64,000 bases of DNA from an uncultured Chloroflexia bacterium (lineage in GTDB: Bacteria; Chloroflexota; Limnocylindria; QHBO01), in contig CAWHAZ010000005.1 of NCBI GenBank assembly GCA_963827475.1, positions 896,001 through 960,000 on the forward strand, read 5' to 3'. The notes beneath the pieces are model-generated. The model did not search any database, was not told where the DNA came from, and saw only the letters and a list, made by a program, of their open reading frames with translations. Position 1 is the first letter of the stretch. Each line of letters opens with the position of its first letter. A program made the translations under genes and the position numbers. Positions 11,338-20,179 of this stretch are shown in pieces.

Positions 11338-12466
11338 TCAGGCGGTCTCCTCGACCGCTTCAGGCACGTCGGCCACCGCGGTCGCAGCCGTCGCATCGGG
11401 CGCCGCCGTCGCATCCGGCGCTGCCGTCACCTCGGTCGCACGCCGTCGGATCTGGAGTCGCCGTCGCATCGGGTGTCGCCGTCGCATCCGGCGCAGCCGT
11501 CGCATCCGGCGCAGCCGTCACATCGGTCGCACCCGTCACCTCGGCGATTTCGGCGGCCGTCGCCTCACCCAGCTCGCTCTCCAGCCCCTCGTCGAACTCC
11601 ATGCTGGCCGCCCGGCGAGCACGCGCCCGTCGCTCGGTCTCCTCGTCCTCCTCCGGCTCCGGCTCGAAGACGAGCGCCTCGCCGGAGGCCAGGGCGGCGC
11701 TGTAGTCGGCGTCCGGGCCGAGCGCGGCCTCGTCGACCGGCGGCAGGGCCTCGACCGTCTCCATCTCCTCGTCGATGCGGGCCTTGCGCTCGGCCAGGCC
11801 CTCCATGCACGCGTCCGCGACCTGGGCGCACAGGAGGCGCACGGAGCGGATGGCGTCGTCGTTGGCGGGGATGACCCAGTCGATGAGGTCCGGGTCGCAG
11901 TTGGTGTCAGTGATCGCGATGACCGGGATCTCGAGCCGGCGCGCCTCTTTGACGGCGATCGCCTCGCGATGGGGATCGACCACGAACACCGCGCCGGGCA
12001 GTCGGCGCATGCGGCGAATGCCGCCCATCGCGGCGTTCAGCTTCTCGATCTCCTCGGTGAGCTTGCCGGCTTCCTTCTTCGTGAGCCGCTCGAACTCGCC
12101 AGCTTCGCGACGCGCCTCGAGTGCCTCGAGGCGCTGGATGCGGCGCTTGATGGTCATGAAGTTGGTGAGCAGGCCGCCGAGCCAGCGGTTTTCGACGTAG
12201 TGCTGGCCGGCGCGGGTCGCTTCTTCGCGGACGGCTTCCTGGGCCTGCTTCTTGGTCCCGACGAACAGGATCGACTCGCTGCGGCGGGTCGTCTCGCGCA
12301 CGAATTCGAGGGCCTCGTCGAGGCGCGACACGGTCTGGGCCAGGTCGATGATGTGGATCCCGTTGCGCTCGGCGAAGATGTACTCGCGCATCTTGGGATT
12401 CCAGCGGCGGGTCTGGTGTCCGAAGTGGACGCCCGCCTCGAGCAGCTGCCGCATGTTTGCAGCCAT
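11338..12466 (-). CDS. rpsB: 30S ribosomal protein S2 with long acidic repeat tail; +1 insertion near 11440, corrected stop at 11338
   Basis: [44 protein letters not shown]. Confidence 0.97.
11380..11542 (-). repeat. Nine degenerate 18-nt tandem repeats encoding (D/E)(A/V)TAAP-like hexapeptides
   Basis: Unit ~GATGCGACGGCTGCGCCG; span 163 nt = 9x18 + 1 inserted base. Confidence 0.85.
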
Positions 12467-12612
12467 GGTTCCTCCGGTTGTGGTCCTCGGCCTCCGTCAG
12501 CTTCGCATCGGTCCACCTGGCGAACCAGGCACCGGGACCTGCGAATCGGGAGTCCTGTGAGATGGATCGGCCGGCTCGGTGTACCCGGGCCGGACCGCTC
12601 GGGAGTATAGCA
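12467..12612 (-). promoter_or_regulatory. rpsB promoter and structured 5' leader (likely S2 autoregulatory leader)
   Basis: TGCTATACT at 12604-12612; ~130-nt leader with TTCGCA/TGCGAA stem and GGTGC motif. Confidence 0.55.
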
Positions 12613-12781
12613 CCGAGCCCGGAAATGGCCCTTTGACCGATCCGGTCCAAACCGGACCGATGGAGGGCCAGTCGCCCGCTTCGCAACGGTACCGAAGTAC
12701 CCCGCACCCCACCAGATCGGCCAATTGTCCATGTGGGCGGTGCGGCCGAGGATCGGGCCCTGCACCCCTGGAGGCGGCCAG

Positions 12782-13897
12782 ATGCTTCGAATCCCTCGAT
12801 CGCGCCGCGGGCTGTCCGCACTGCTGGTCACGAGTCTGCTGACGCTGTCGATTGCCACGCCGGCCGCGGCCGGTGACGAGCTGGTCGTCCAGCGCGGGGA
12901 CACCCTGTGGGACCTGGCCCGCCGCCATGGCGTGAGTGTTGCCGAGCTGGCAGCCTGGAATCGGATCGGGAATCCGTCGCTGATCCGAGTCGGCCAGCGC
13001 CTCGTGCTGGAGCCGCCGGTGGCGCCGGCCGCGGCCAATCCTCCGCCCCCATCGGCCCCCGCCCCGTTGGTCCACGTCGTGCGGGCCGGCGACACGCTGT
13101 GGGCGATCGCCATCCGATACGGGACGACGGTGGCGGCCATTGCGGCCGCGAATCAGCTCGCGAACCCATCGCTCATCCGCGTCGGCCAGGCGCTGGCCAT
13201 CCCCCAGGCCGCTCCTTCCCCACCCGCGCCGGCACCGGCTTCAGCACCCACCCTCGCCCCGACGCCGCCCGCTTCGGTCACCCATGTGGTGCAGCGAGGC
13301 GAGACGTTGTGGGCCATCTCCGCTCGATATGGCGTGTCGATCGAGGCGATCGTCTCCGCCAACGGACTCGCCAGCGCTTCGTTCATCCGTACCGGGCAGC
13401 AGCTGGTCATCCCGAGCAGCGCTGGATCAGCGACCGCGCCTTCGACCGCGCCGACCTCGACGACGGGCATGTCGCCCGACATGGCCGCCAAGGTGGCCGC
13501 CCGGGGGGCCGCCCGCGATCTGCTCCTGGCCGCGGCCGGCGAGTTCGGCGTCCCCGTCCCGTTCGTGCTCGCCGTCGCGTGGCACGAATCGGGCTGGCAA
13601 CCGGGCGCGGTGTCGTCCGCCGGGGCGCTTGGCTTGATGCAGCTCATGCCCTCGACGGCGGACTGGGTGGCAGGGTCCATGCTCCACGAGGCGCCAGCGA
13701 TCAGCGATCCACGCTGGAACGCACGGGCCGGGGTGCGGCTGCTGGCCTACTACCTCGTCCGCTACCAGGGCGACAAGACAAAGGTGCTCGCCGCCTACCT
13801 GCAGGGCATGACCTCAGTCGACCAGATCGGCGTGCTCGTCACGTCGCAGCCGTACATCAACAGCATCCTCGCCCTGGAGGTCATCTTCAGCCGCTGA
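12782..13897 (+). CDS. Secreted 3xLysM + SLT lytic transglycosylase
   Basis: GGAGG RBS; signal peptide; three VxxG(D/E)TLW...N..I..GQ.L repeats; ESGW, GLMQL, AAYLQG. Confidence 0.9.
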   Translation: MLRIPRSRRGLSALLVTSLLTLSIATPAAAGDELVVQRGDTLWDLARRHGVSVAELAAWNRIGNPSLIRVGQRLVLEPPVAPAAANPPPPSAPAPLVHVVRAGDTLWAIAIRYGTTVAAIAAANQLANPSLIRVGQALAIPQAAPSPPAPAPASAPTLAPTPPASVTHVVQRGETLWAISARYGVSIEAIVSANGLASASFIRTGQQLVIPSSAGSATAPSTAPTSTTGMSPDMAAKVAARGAARDLLLAAAGEFGVPVPFVLAVAWHESGWQPGAVSSAGALGLMQLMPSTADWVAGSMLHEAPAISDPRWNARAGVRLLAYYLVRYQGDKTKVLAAYLQGMTSVDQIGVLVTSQPYINSILALEVIFSR

Positions 13898-13906
13898 GCC
13901 ACCGGG

Positions 13907-14278
13907 TCACCAGGCGTCCACGCCGGGAAGTCGGGTGAGACGCCAGGTTCGAGGCTCCGGCCCGGGGCTCACCGCAACCAGGTCGACGCGCAGGCCACGA
14001 TGGTCGATCGGGGTGGCGCGGGCATAGGCAGCGAGTGCCGCTCGCAGGCGGCGCACCTTGTCCGCCTGGACAGATTCGATGGCCTGGCCGCTCCGACCCG
14101 AACGACGCAGCTTGACCTCGACCGCGACGAGGACGTGATCGGGGTCGAGGGCCACGAGGTCGATCTCCGCGGTGCCTGAGCGGTGCCGCTCGCCCAGGAT
14201 TCGCCAACCGGCTTCCGACAGCCAGTCCGCGACCCGGCGCTCCGCCTGCAGCCCCAGCACGTGACGGGGATCCGCCAC
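13907..14278 (-). CDS. yraN: YraN/UPF0102 family protein
   Basis: LGLQAE, EIDLVA, VEVK, RVDLVAV. Confidence 0.88.
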   Translation of the reverse strand: MADPRHVLGLQAERRVADWLSEAGWRILGERHRSGTAEIDLVALDPDHVLVAVEVKLRRSGRSGQAIESVQADKVRRLRAALAAYARATPIDHRGLRVDLVAVSPGPEPRTWRLTRLPGVDAW

Positions 14279-14281
14279 GGC

Positions 14282-15022
14282 TCAGTTGTCGTTCGGCTCG
14301 AAGGCGTCCTCGTCGACGAGCGGGAACTCCGCGAACTCGAGATCGAGCGGAAGCTGGGTCCCGGCCAGCAGCATGCGGATGGGCGCGAATGAGCGGCGAT
14401 GCCACTCGCATGGGCCTTCGCGCACCAACGCCGCGTAGTGGCCGCGCGTGCCATATCCCTTGTGCCGGGCGAACCCGTAACCGGGGAAGCGGTCGTCCAT
14501 CTCGTCGCAGATCCGGTCGCGCGTGACCTTGGCCACGATCGAGGCCGCGGCGATCGACGCGGAGATCGCGTCGCCGTCGATGATCGCCCGCTGCGGGTAC
14601 ATCGCCTCGCGGAGCGTGAGGGCGTCGATCAGCAGGTGGTCCGGCGGCTCGGGGAGGTGGGCCAGCGCCTCGCGCATGGCCAGCTTGGTGGCCTGCAGGA
14701 TGTTGATCCGGTCGATGACGTCGACCTCCACGCAGCCGACGCCGATGGCGTCCGCGCGGACGATGATCTGCTCGTAGAGGGCCTCGCGACGGCTGCGGGC
14801 GAGGACCTTGCTGTCGCGGAGGCCCTTGATCCGCGGCCGCGCTGGCAGGATGACCGCGGCGGCGACCACCGGACCGGCGAGCGAGCCGCGCCCCACCTCG
14901 TCGAGGCCCGCGATCCGGCGAAAGCCGGCGCGGCGCAGCTCGTACTCGTGAGCGAGACGGGCGTCGCGGGGTCGGTGGACGGAGCGGCGGCGAGCGGGAC
15001 GGGCCGGAGCCCAGGCGCTCAT
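14282..15022 (-). CDS. rnhB: Ribonuclease HII
   Basis: GLDEVGRGSLAGPV, DSK, IAAASIVAKVTRD, HKGYGT, HRRSF. Confidence 0.95.
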   Translation of the reverse strand: MSAWAPARPARRRSVHRPRDARLAHEYELRRAGFRRIAGLDEVGRGSLAGPVVAAAVILPARPRIKGLRDSKVLARSRREALYEQIIVRADAIGVGCVEVDVIDRINILQATKLAMREALAHLPEPPDHLLIDALTLREAMYPQRAIIDGDAISASIAAASIVAKVTRDRICDEMDDRFPGYGFARHKGYGTRGHYAALVREGPCEWHRRSFAPIRMLLAGTQLPLDLEFAEFPLVDEDAFEPNDN

Positions 15023-15026
15023 CGGT

Positions 15027-15383
15027 TCAGCGCGAGGGGCGACGCTCGCGGAGAGTGGCAGCCTTGCCGACCCGGTTGCGCAGGTAGTACAGCTGGGCGC
15101 GGCGGGCAACACCGTGGCGGACGACCTCGATCTTGTCGACGCGAGGGGCATGCACCGGGAAGGTGCGCTCGACGCCCACGCCGCTGCTGATCCGCCGCAC
15201 GGTGATGGTCTGGTTCAGGCCGCCGCCACGCATTCGCATGACCGTGCCCTCGAACACCTGGACACGCTCGCGGCTGCCTTCGACGACCTTGACCGAGACC
15301 CGGACCGTGTCACCGGGCGCGATCTGCGGGATGTCGGTCCGGAGCTGCTCGCGTTCCAGCTCCTGGATGGGGTCCATGCTCAC
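15027..15383 (-). CDS. rplS: 50S ribosomal protein L19
   Basis: [33 protein letters not shown]; TGCTATACT at 15470-15478. Confidence 0.97.
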   Translation of the reverse strand: MSMDPIQELEREQLRTDIPQIAPGDTVRVSVKVVEGSRERVQVFEGTVMRMRGGGLNQTITVRRISSGVGVERTFPVHAPRVDKIEVVRHGVARRAQLYYLRNRVGKAATLRERRPSR

Positions 15384-15515
15384 GATCCTCGATTACCGCC
15401 GGCTCAACGCCGGGTTGCCCTTGGGCTGACGCAACGACGCGACCGCCGGAGCGGCCGCGAACGGTGGCGAGTATAGCAGCGGCCGAGTCCATCGGCGCAA
15501 TCGGCTGATCCGGCG

Positions 15516-16265
15516 TCAGTCGTTCCCGGCCGATTCCGCGCGCAGCCGCTCGAGCTCGGCGCGGTCCGCATCGGTCAGGGTCGCGCCATCCAGCAAGTCG
15601 GGGCGGCGCTCGACCGTCCGACGCAGGGCCTCGCGCCGGCGCCAGGCCGCCACTTCGCCGTGGTTGCCCGAGAGCAGGACGGACGGCACGCGCATGTCCT
15701 CGAACTCCTCGGGCCGGGTGAACTGCGGGTGCTCGAGCAGGCCGGTCGAGAAGGAGTCGGCTGCGCTGGAGGCGGCGTCGATGACGCCGGGCACCAGGCG
15801 GCTGACCGCGTCGATGACCACCAGCGCCGGGAGCTCCCCGCCGGTGAGGACATAGTCACCGATGCTGATCTCGCGGTCGACCCAGGCGCGGACGCGGTCG
15901 TCCACGCCCTCGTAGCGACCACAGACCAGCGCGAACCGCGGCATGGCCGCCAGCTCGCGGGCGAGCGGGTCGGTGAGCTGCTCGCCGGCCGGGTCGAGGA
16001 GGAAGACCGGGACGTGCTCCGCCCGCAGCGGGGCCAGGGCGCCGGCCAGCGGTTCGGGACGGAGGACCATGCCCGCTCCCCCGCCGTACGGGGTGTCGTC
16101 GACCTGGCGGTGGCGACCGAGGCCGTGCTCGCGCAGGTCGTGGAGCTCCACGGACACGACTCCCCGCTCCACGGCGCGACCCAGCACGCCGGCGGCCAGG
16201 GCCGGCCGGAACAGGTCGGGAAACAAGGTCACGACGTCGATCCGGAGCAGCGGCGAGGGGGCCAC
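15516..16265 (-). CDS. trmD: tRNA (guanine37-N1) methyltransferase
   Basis: VTLFP, DDTPYGGGAGM, CGRYEGVDDR, SIGDYVLTGGE, LLSGNHG. Confidence 0.96.
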   Translation of the reverse strand: MAPSPLLRIDVVTLFPDLFRPALAAGVLGRAVERGVVSVELHDLREHGLGRHRQVDDTPYGGGAGMVLRPEPLAGALAPLRAEHVPVFLLDPAGEQLTDPLARELAAMPRFALVCGRYEGVDDRVRAWVDREISIGDYVLTGGELPALVVIDAVSRLVPGVIDAASSAADSFSTGLLEHPQFTRPEEFEDMRVPSVLLSGNHGEVAAWRRREALRRTVERRPDLLDGATLTDADRAELERLRAESAGND

Positions 16266-16267
16266 GA

Positions 16268-16795
16268 TCAGACCTCCTCGAGCCATTCCGCGGGGTCGAG
16301 GATCGTCATCTGGCCGGCGCCCAGATCGATCTTGACGACGATGGACTGCAGCGACGGCACGAGAACCTCGCCGTCGGGTCCCACCACGCGGTAGACCTCG
16401 TTGGAGCCCGCCCGGAAGACCTCCTCCAGCCGACCGATGGCCCGGCCATTGATCGTGATGACCTCGAGCCCCTCCAGCTCGTGCCACCAGTAGGTCCCGG
16501 CCGGAAGGTCGTCTGGAGCGCGGGGGGCCAGGAGATGTCGACCGATGAGCGCGCTCGCCCCGTCCCGATCGGTGATGCCGACCAGGCGCAGCACCGGGCC
16601 GTGCTTGGATGTCCCGGCCTCCATGATCTGACGAGGAGCCGTCTCTCCTTCGACGACCACCAGCTCACCCACCAAGAGCCGCTCGGGCGTATCGGTCAGG
16701 GACATCACCCGGAGGTCCCCCTTCAGTCCGCGGACGCCCATCACCCGGGCGACCGCGAGCGGTTCACTCGTGGGCTTCGATGTCGAGCTCGACAT
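16268..16795 (-). CDS. rimM: Ribosome maturation factor RimM
   Basis: GVRGLKGDLRV, YWWHELEGLEV, GSNEVY; synteny. Confidence 0.9.
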   Translation of the reverse strand: MSSSTSKPTSEPLAVARVMGVRGLKGDLRVMSLTDTPERLLVGELVVVEGETAPRQIMEAGTSKHGPVLRLVGITDRDGASALIGRHLLAPRAPDDLPAGTYWWHELEGLEVITINGRAIGRLEEVFRAGSNEVYRVVGPDGEVLVPSLQSIVVKIDLGAGQMTILDPAEWLEEV

Positions 16796-17000
16796 GCCGG
16801 CCGTCTCGCGCGCCCATGACGCGGAGGAGGCTCCGGATGGCGTTGGCGATGCGGCCGTCGCGGCCGATCACGCGACCCATGTCGCGCTCGTCCACTACCA
16901 GGGTCAGGGTGACCTCGTCGCCGTCCTCCTCGACCTCGACTTCGACCGCATCGGGGTGGTCGACCAGCGAGCGGGCCACGTATTCGAGGAACGCCTTCAT
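16764..17000 (-). CDS. khpA: KH-domain RNA-binding protein KhpA
   Basis: LVDHPDAV, DMGRVIGRDGRIANAIR. Confidence 0.93.
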   Translation of the reverse strand: MKAFLEYVARSLVDHPDAVEVEVEEDGDEVTLTLVVDERDMGRVIGRDGRIANAIRSLLRVMGARDGRHVELDIEAHE

Positions 17001-17814
17001 GACTCTGTCTCCTGGCTCTCGGCCTGGGGGGTTTCGGGTTCGTCCGTGGTCTCAGGTTCCGCTTTCGCCTTCCGGCCTCGAGCCGGCTTGGGCGCTGGTT
17101 CCGCGGCCGGCTCGGTCTCCGCGGCCGGCTCGCCATCCTCCGAAGCAGCTTCTGGCGCTGCCTCGGCCGCGGCGGCAGGTTCACTCGGCTCCTCGGGCTG
17201 AGCCGAATCCTCGAGTTCGGCCGCGGGCTCCGGTTCAGCCACGGGCTCCGGTTCGGCGTCCTGCGACGGCGCTTCGGCTTCAACCTCGGCCTCGGCAGGC
17301 GGCGCCGGCTCTGCGGCTGCCTCAACCTCGGGCTCAACTGCTGCCTCGACCGGTGTTTCGGCCTCGGCCTCGGCCTCAGGGGTAGCCTCGGCGGCTGGAA
17401 CCGCCTCCGGGGCCTCCTCCGCTTCGACGGCCGGCTCAGGCTGGGGTTTCGCCACCGGCTCGGGGCCGGCTTCGGGGCTTCGGCGGCAACCCGATCGGCC
17501 TCCGCCTTGGCGGCGGCCTTCTTCGCGGTGCGCGCCTTGGCTCGCGCCTCGTCCTTGGCGCCGGCGGGCCGCGGTCCTTCGGACGCGACCTTCATCAGTC
17601 GCTGAACCGCGTCCGACGGTCGAGCGCCATGGGACATCCAGAAGGCGATCCGCTCGTCATCGAGCTTCAGCGTGATCGGATCGGTCAGCGGGTTGTAATA
17701 GCCCAGGATCTCCAGGGCGCGGCCGTCGCGCGAGCGGCGGCTGTCAATGGCGATGACGCGGTAGGCCGGGCGCCGTGTGGCACCCACTCGCGTCAGCCGG
17801 ATGTGAACGGCCAC
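16997..17814 (-). CDS. rpsP: 30S ribosomal protein S16 with ~190-aa Glu/Ala/Pro tail; -1 frameshift near 17463
   Basis: VHIRLTRVG, YRVIAIDSRRSRDG, LGYYNP; tail continues in ORF 16997..17455. Confidence 0.93.
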
Positions 17815-17926
17815 GTGGTGATTCCTTCCGTCAACGGGATGAAACGGCGCTTCGGCGGGCTGCCATGAGGGGCTGACGTGGGGCCGAGCGCCGCGAAAGG
17901 ATACCGCCTCGGGGCGGCGGTGGCGA

Positions 17927-19282
17927 CTACCGGCCCGGAAGCGGCGGCAGGGACCCGGGTCGGCCACCGGTCCGGCCGGCCGTGTTGCTGAACTGCCGGA
18001 CGAGCTTCTGCATCTCCTCGAATTGGCGCAGGAGCCGGTTGACGTCGGCGACCGTCGTGCCGCTGCCGGCCGCGATCCGCCGCCGCCGGCTGGCCTTGAT
18101 GAGGTGCGGATCGCGCCGTTCGGCCGGCGTCATCGAGTCGATGACCGCCTCGATCCGCTTCAGCTCCCCGTCGTCGACCGCAGCCTGCGCGGCACCCGCC
18201 AGGTTGCCCGCGCCGGGCATCATCTGCAGGACCTGACCGATGGGGCCCATCTTCTTCACCTGCTGGAGCTGGTCCTTGAAGTCCTCGAGCGTGAACCGGG
18301 CTTCCATGAGGCGTTGGGCGGCTCGCTCCGCGTCGGCCCGATCGATGTGCTCCTCGGCGCGTTCGACCAGGGTCACGATGTCCCCCATGCCGAGGATTCG
18401 CTGCGCCATGCGGTCCGGGTGGAAGACCTCGAGCGCGTCGACCGCTTCCCCGGTTCCGACGTAGGCGACCGGCAGGCCCGTCACGCTGCGGATGCTGAGC
18501 GCCGCTCCTCCCCGCGCATCGCCGTCCAGCTTGGTCAGGACCAGCGCGGTCAGCGGCAGGCGCTCGAGAAACGTCTCGGCCACCCGGACCGCCTCCTGGC
18601 CTGTCATCGCGTCGACCACGAGCAGGATCTCCGCGGGCTTCGTGGCGGCCGCGATCTCCGCCAGCTCGGCCATCATCGGGGCGTCTACGTGCTGGCGGCC
18701 GGCGCTGTCCACGATGACCACATCGGTCTGGTCGGATCCCGCAGCAGCCAGGGCTCCGGTGACGATGTCGAGCGGCGCCGTCCCGGTGGAGGCGGTCCGC
18801 ACCGGCACGCCGACCTGCTCTCCGAGGCGCACGAGCTGCTCGACGGCGGCGGGACGATACACGTCGGCTGCCACCAGCGCGGGATGCCGCCCATCACGCT
18901 TCAGGCGCCGGGCGAGCTTGGCGGCTGACGTCGTCTTGCCCGAGCCCTGCAGGCCGACCATCAGGATGACCGCCGGGGACTCCGGAGCAGACCCGTCGAG
19001 GTGGAGCGGGTACTGCTCGCGGCCCAGGATCTCGACCAGCTCGTCGTGCACCAGCTTCACGATCTGGTGGCCGGGTCGCACCCCGTCGAGGACCGCCGTC
19101 CCCAGCGCCTGCTCGCGGACGTGGGCCACGAACGACTTCACGACCCGGAAGTTGACGTCCGCCTCGAGGAGAGCGAGTCGAACCTCGCGCAGCGCGTCGT
19201 CGAGGTCGGCCTCGGTCAGCTTGGCCTGACCACGAAGCCGGGTGGCGATGTCCTGGAGGCGGTTGGAGAGGCGGTCGAACAT
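17927..19282 (-). CDS. ffh: Signal recognition particle protein
   Basis: ALLEADV, GLQGSGKTT, DSAGR, TKLDGDARGG, RILGMGD. Confidence 0.97.
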   Translation of the reverse strand: MFDRLSNRLQDIATRLRGQAKLTEADLDDALREVRLALLEADVNFRVVKSFVAHVREQALGTAVLDGVRPGHQIVKLVHDELVEILGREQYPLHLDGSAPESPAVILMVGLQGSGKTTSAAKLARRLKRDGRHPALVAADVYRPAAVEQLVRLGEQVGVPVRTASTGTAPLDIVTGALAAAGSDQTDVVIVDSAGRQHVDAPMMAELAEIAAATKPAEILLVVDAMTGQEAVRVAETFLERLPLTALVLTKLDGDARGGAALSIRSVTGLPVAYVGTGEAVDALEVFHPDRMAQRILGMGDIVTLVERAEEHIDRADAERAAQRLMEARFTLEDFKDQLQQVKKMGPIGQVLQMMPGAGNLAGAAQAAVDDGELKRIEAVIDSMTPAERRDPHLIKASRRRRIAAGSGTTVADVNRLLRQFEEMQKLVRQFSNTAGRTGGRPGSLPPLPGR

Positions 19283-19297
19283 CGAGGATGGGTCCGT

Positions 19298-20176
19298 TCA
19301 GGCGGCGAGGAGCCACTCAAGGTACGCGTCGGGATCGAACGGCGCCAGCGCGTCGAGCTCCTCCCCGAAGCCGGTGAACACGATCGGGATGCCGTACCGA
19401 TCCGCGATCGCCACCGCTACCCCGCCCTTCGCCGTCCCGTCCAGCTTGGCGAGCACGATCCCGGTCACGCCCGCCTCCGCGAGGAACGCCTCCGCCTGGG
19501 AGAGCCCGTTTTGCCCGGTCGTCGCGTCCAGCACGAGCAGGACGTGCCGTGGCTGGTCCGGCAGCTGACGGGTGACGACCCGCCGGATCTTCGCCAGCTC
19601 GGCCATCAGGTCCTTCGAGGACTGCAAGCGACCCGCCGTGTCCACGATCACCGCATCGATGCTCCGGGCGACCGCGGCGGCGGTCGCGTCATACGCCACG
19701 GCCGCCGGATCAGCCCCCGCGCGCTGGGCAACCACGTTCACCCCGAGCCGGTCGCCCCACAACCGCAGCTGCTCGATGGCGCCCGGTCGATACGTGTCCG
19801 CGGCCGCAAGGAGCACGCTCCGGCCCTCCCCGCGCAGCCGCGCCGCGAGCTTGGCGGCGGTTGTCGTCTTTCCGCTGCCGTTGACCCCGACCATGAGCAC
19901 GATTGCAGGCACATCACCCAGCTCGAACGCGGCGGCCGGTGCCTTCGCCAGCCGCTCCCGCAGGGCGGCGGTCATGGCATCAGTCCCGGACAACCCGGCG
20001 GCAACCTGGCCTCGGGCGGCCGCCACGACCTCGGCCGCCAGCACCGGACCCAGGTCCGCGGCGACCAGTGCCTCTTCGGCGGCTTCCCACGCGGCGTCGT
20101 CCATCCCCCGCTCGAGGCCCAGGGCCGCGCGCAGTCGTGACCCGAGCCCCCCACCCGATGGCGGTCTGGCCAGCAT
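19298..20176 (-). CDS. ftsY: SRP receptor FtsY
   Basis: GVNGSGKTTT, DTAGRL, KLDGTAKGG. Confidence 0.96.
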   Translation of the reverse strand: MLARPPSGGGLGSRLRAALGLERGMDDAAWEAAEEALVAADLGPVLAAEVVAAARGQVAAGLSGTDAMTAALRERLAKAPAAAFELGDVPAIVLMVGVNGSGKTTTAAKLAARLRGEGRSVLLAAADTYRPGAIEQLRLWGDRLGVNVVAQRAGADPAAVAYDATAAAVARSIDAVIVDTAGRLQSSKDLMAELAKIRRVVTRQLPDQPRHVLLVLDATTGQNGLSQAEAFLAEAGVTGIVLAKLDGTAKGGVAVAIADRYGIPIVFTGFGEELDALAPFDPDAYLEWLLAA

Positions 20177-20179
20177 CGG

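Noticed and set aside
11380-11542. Possible CRISPR array
   Set aside because: Contiguous in-frame coding repeats, no spacers, no cas genes
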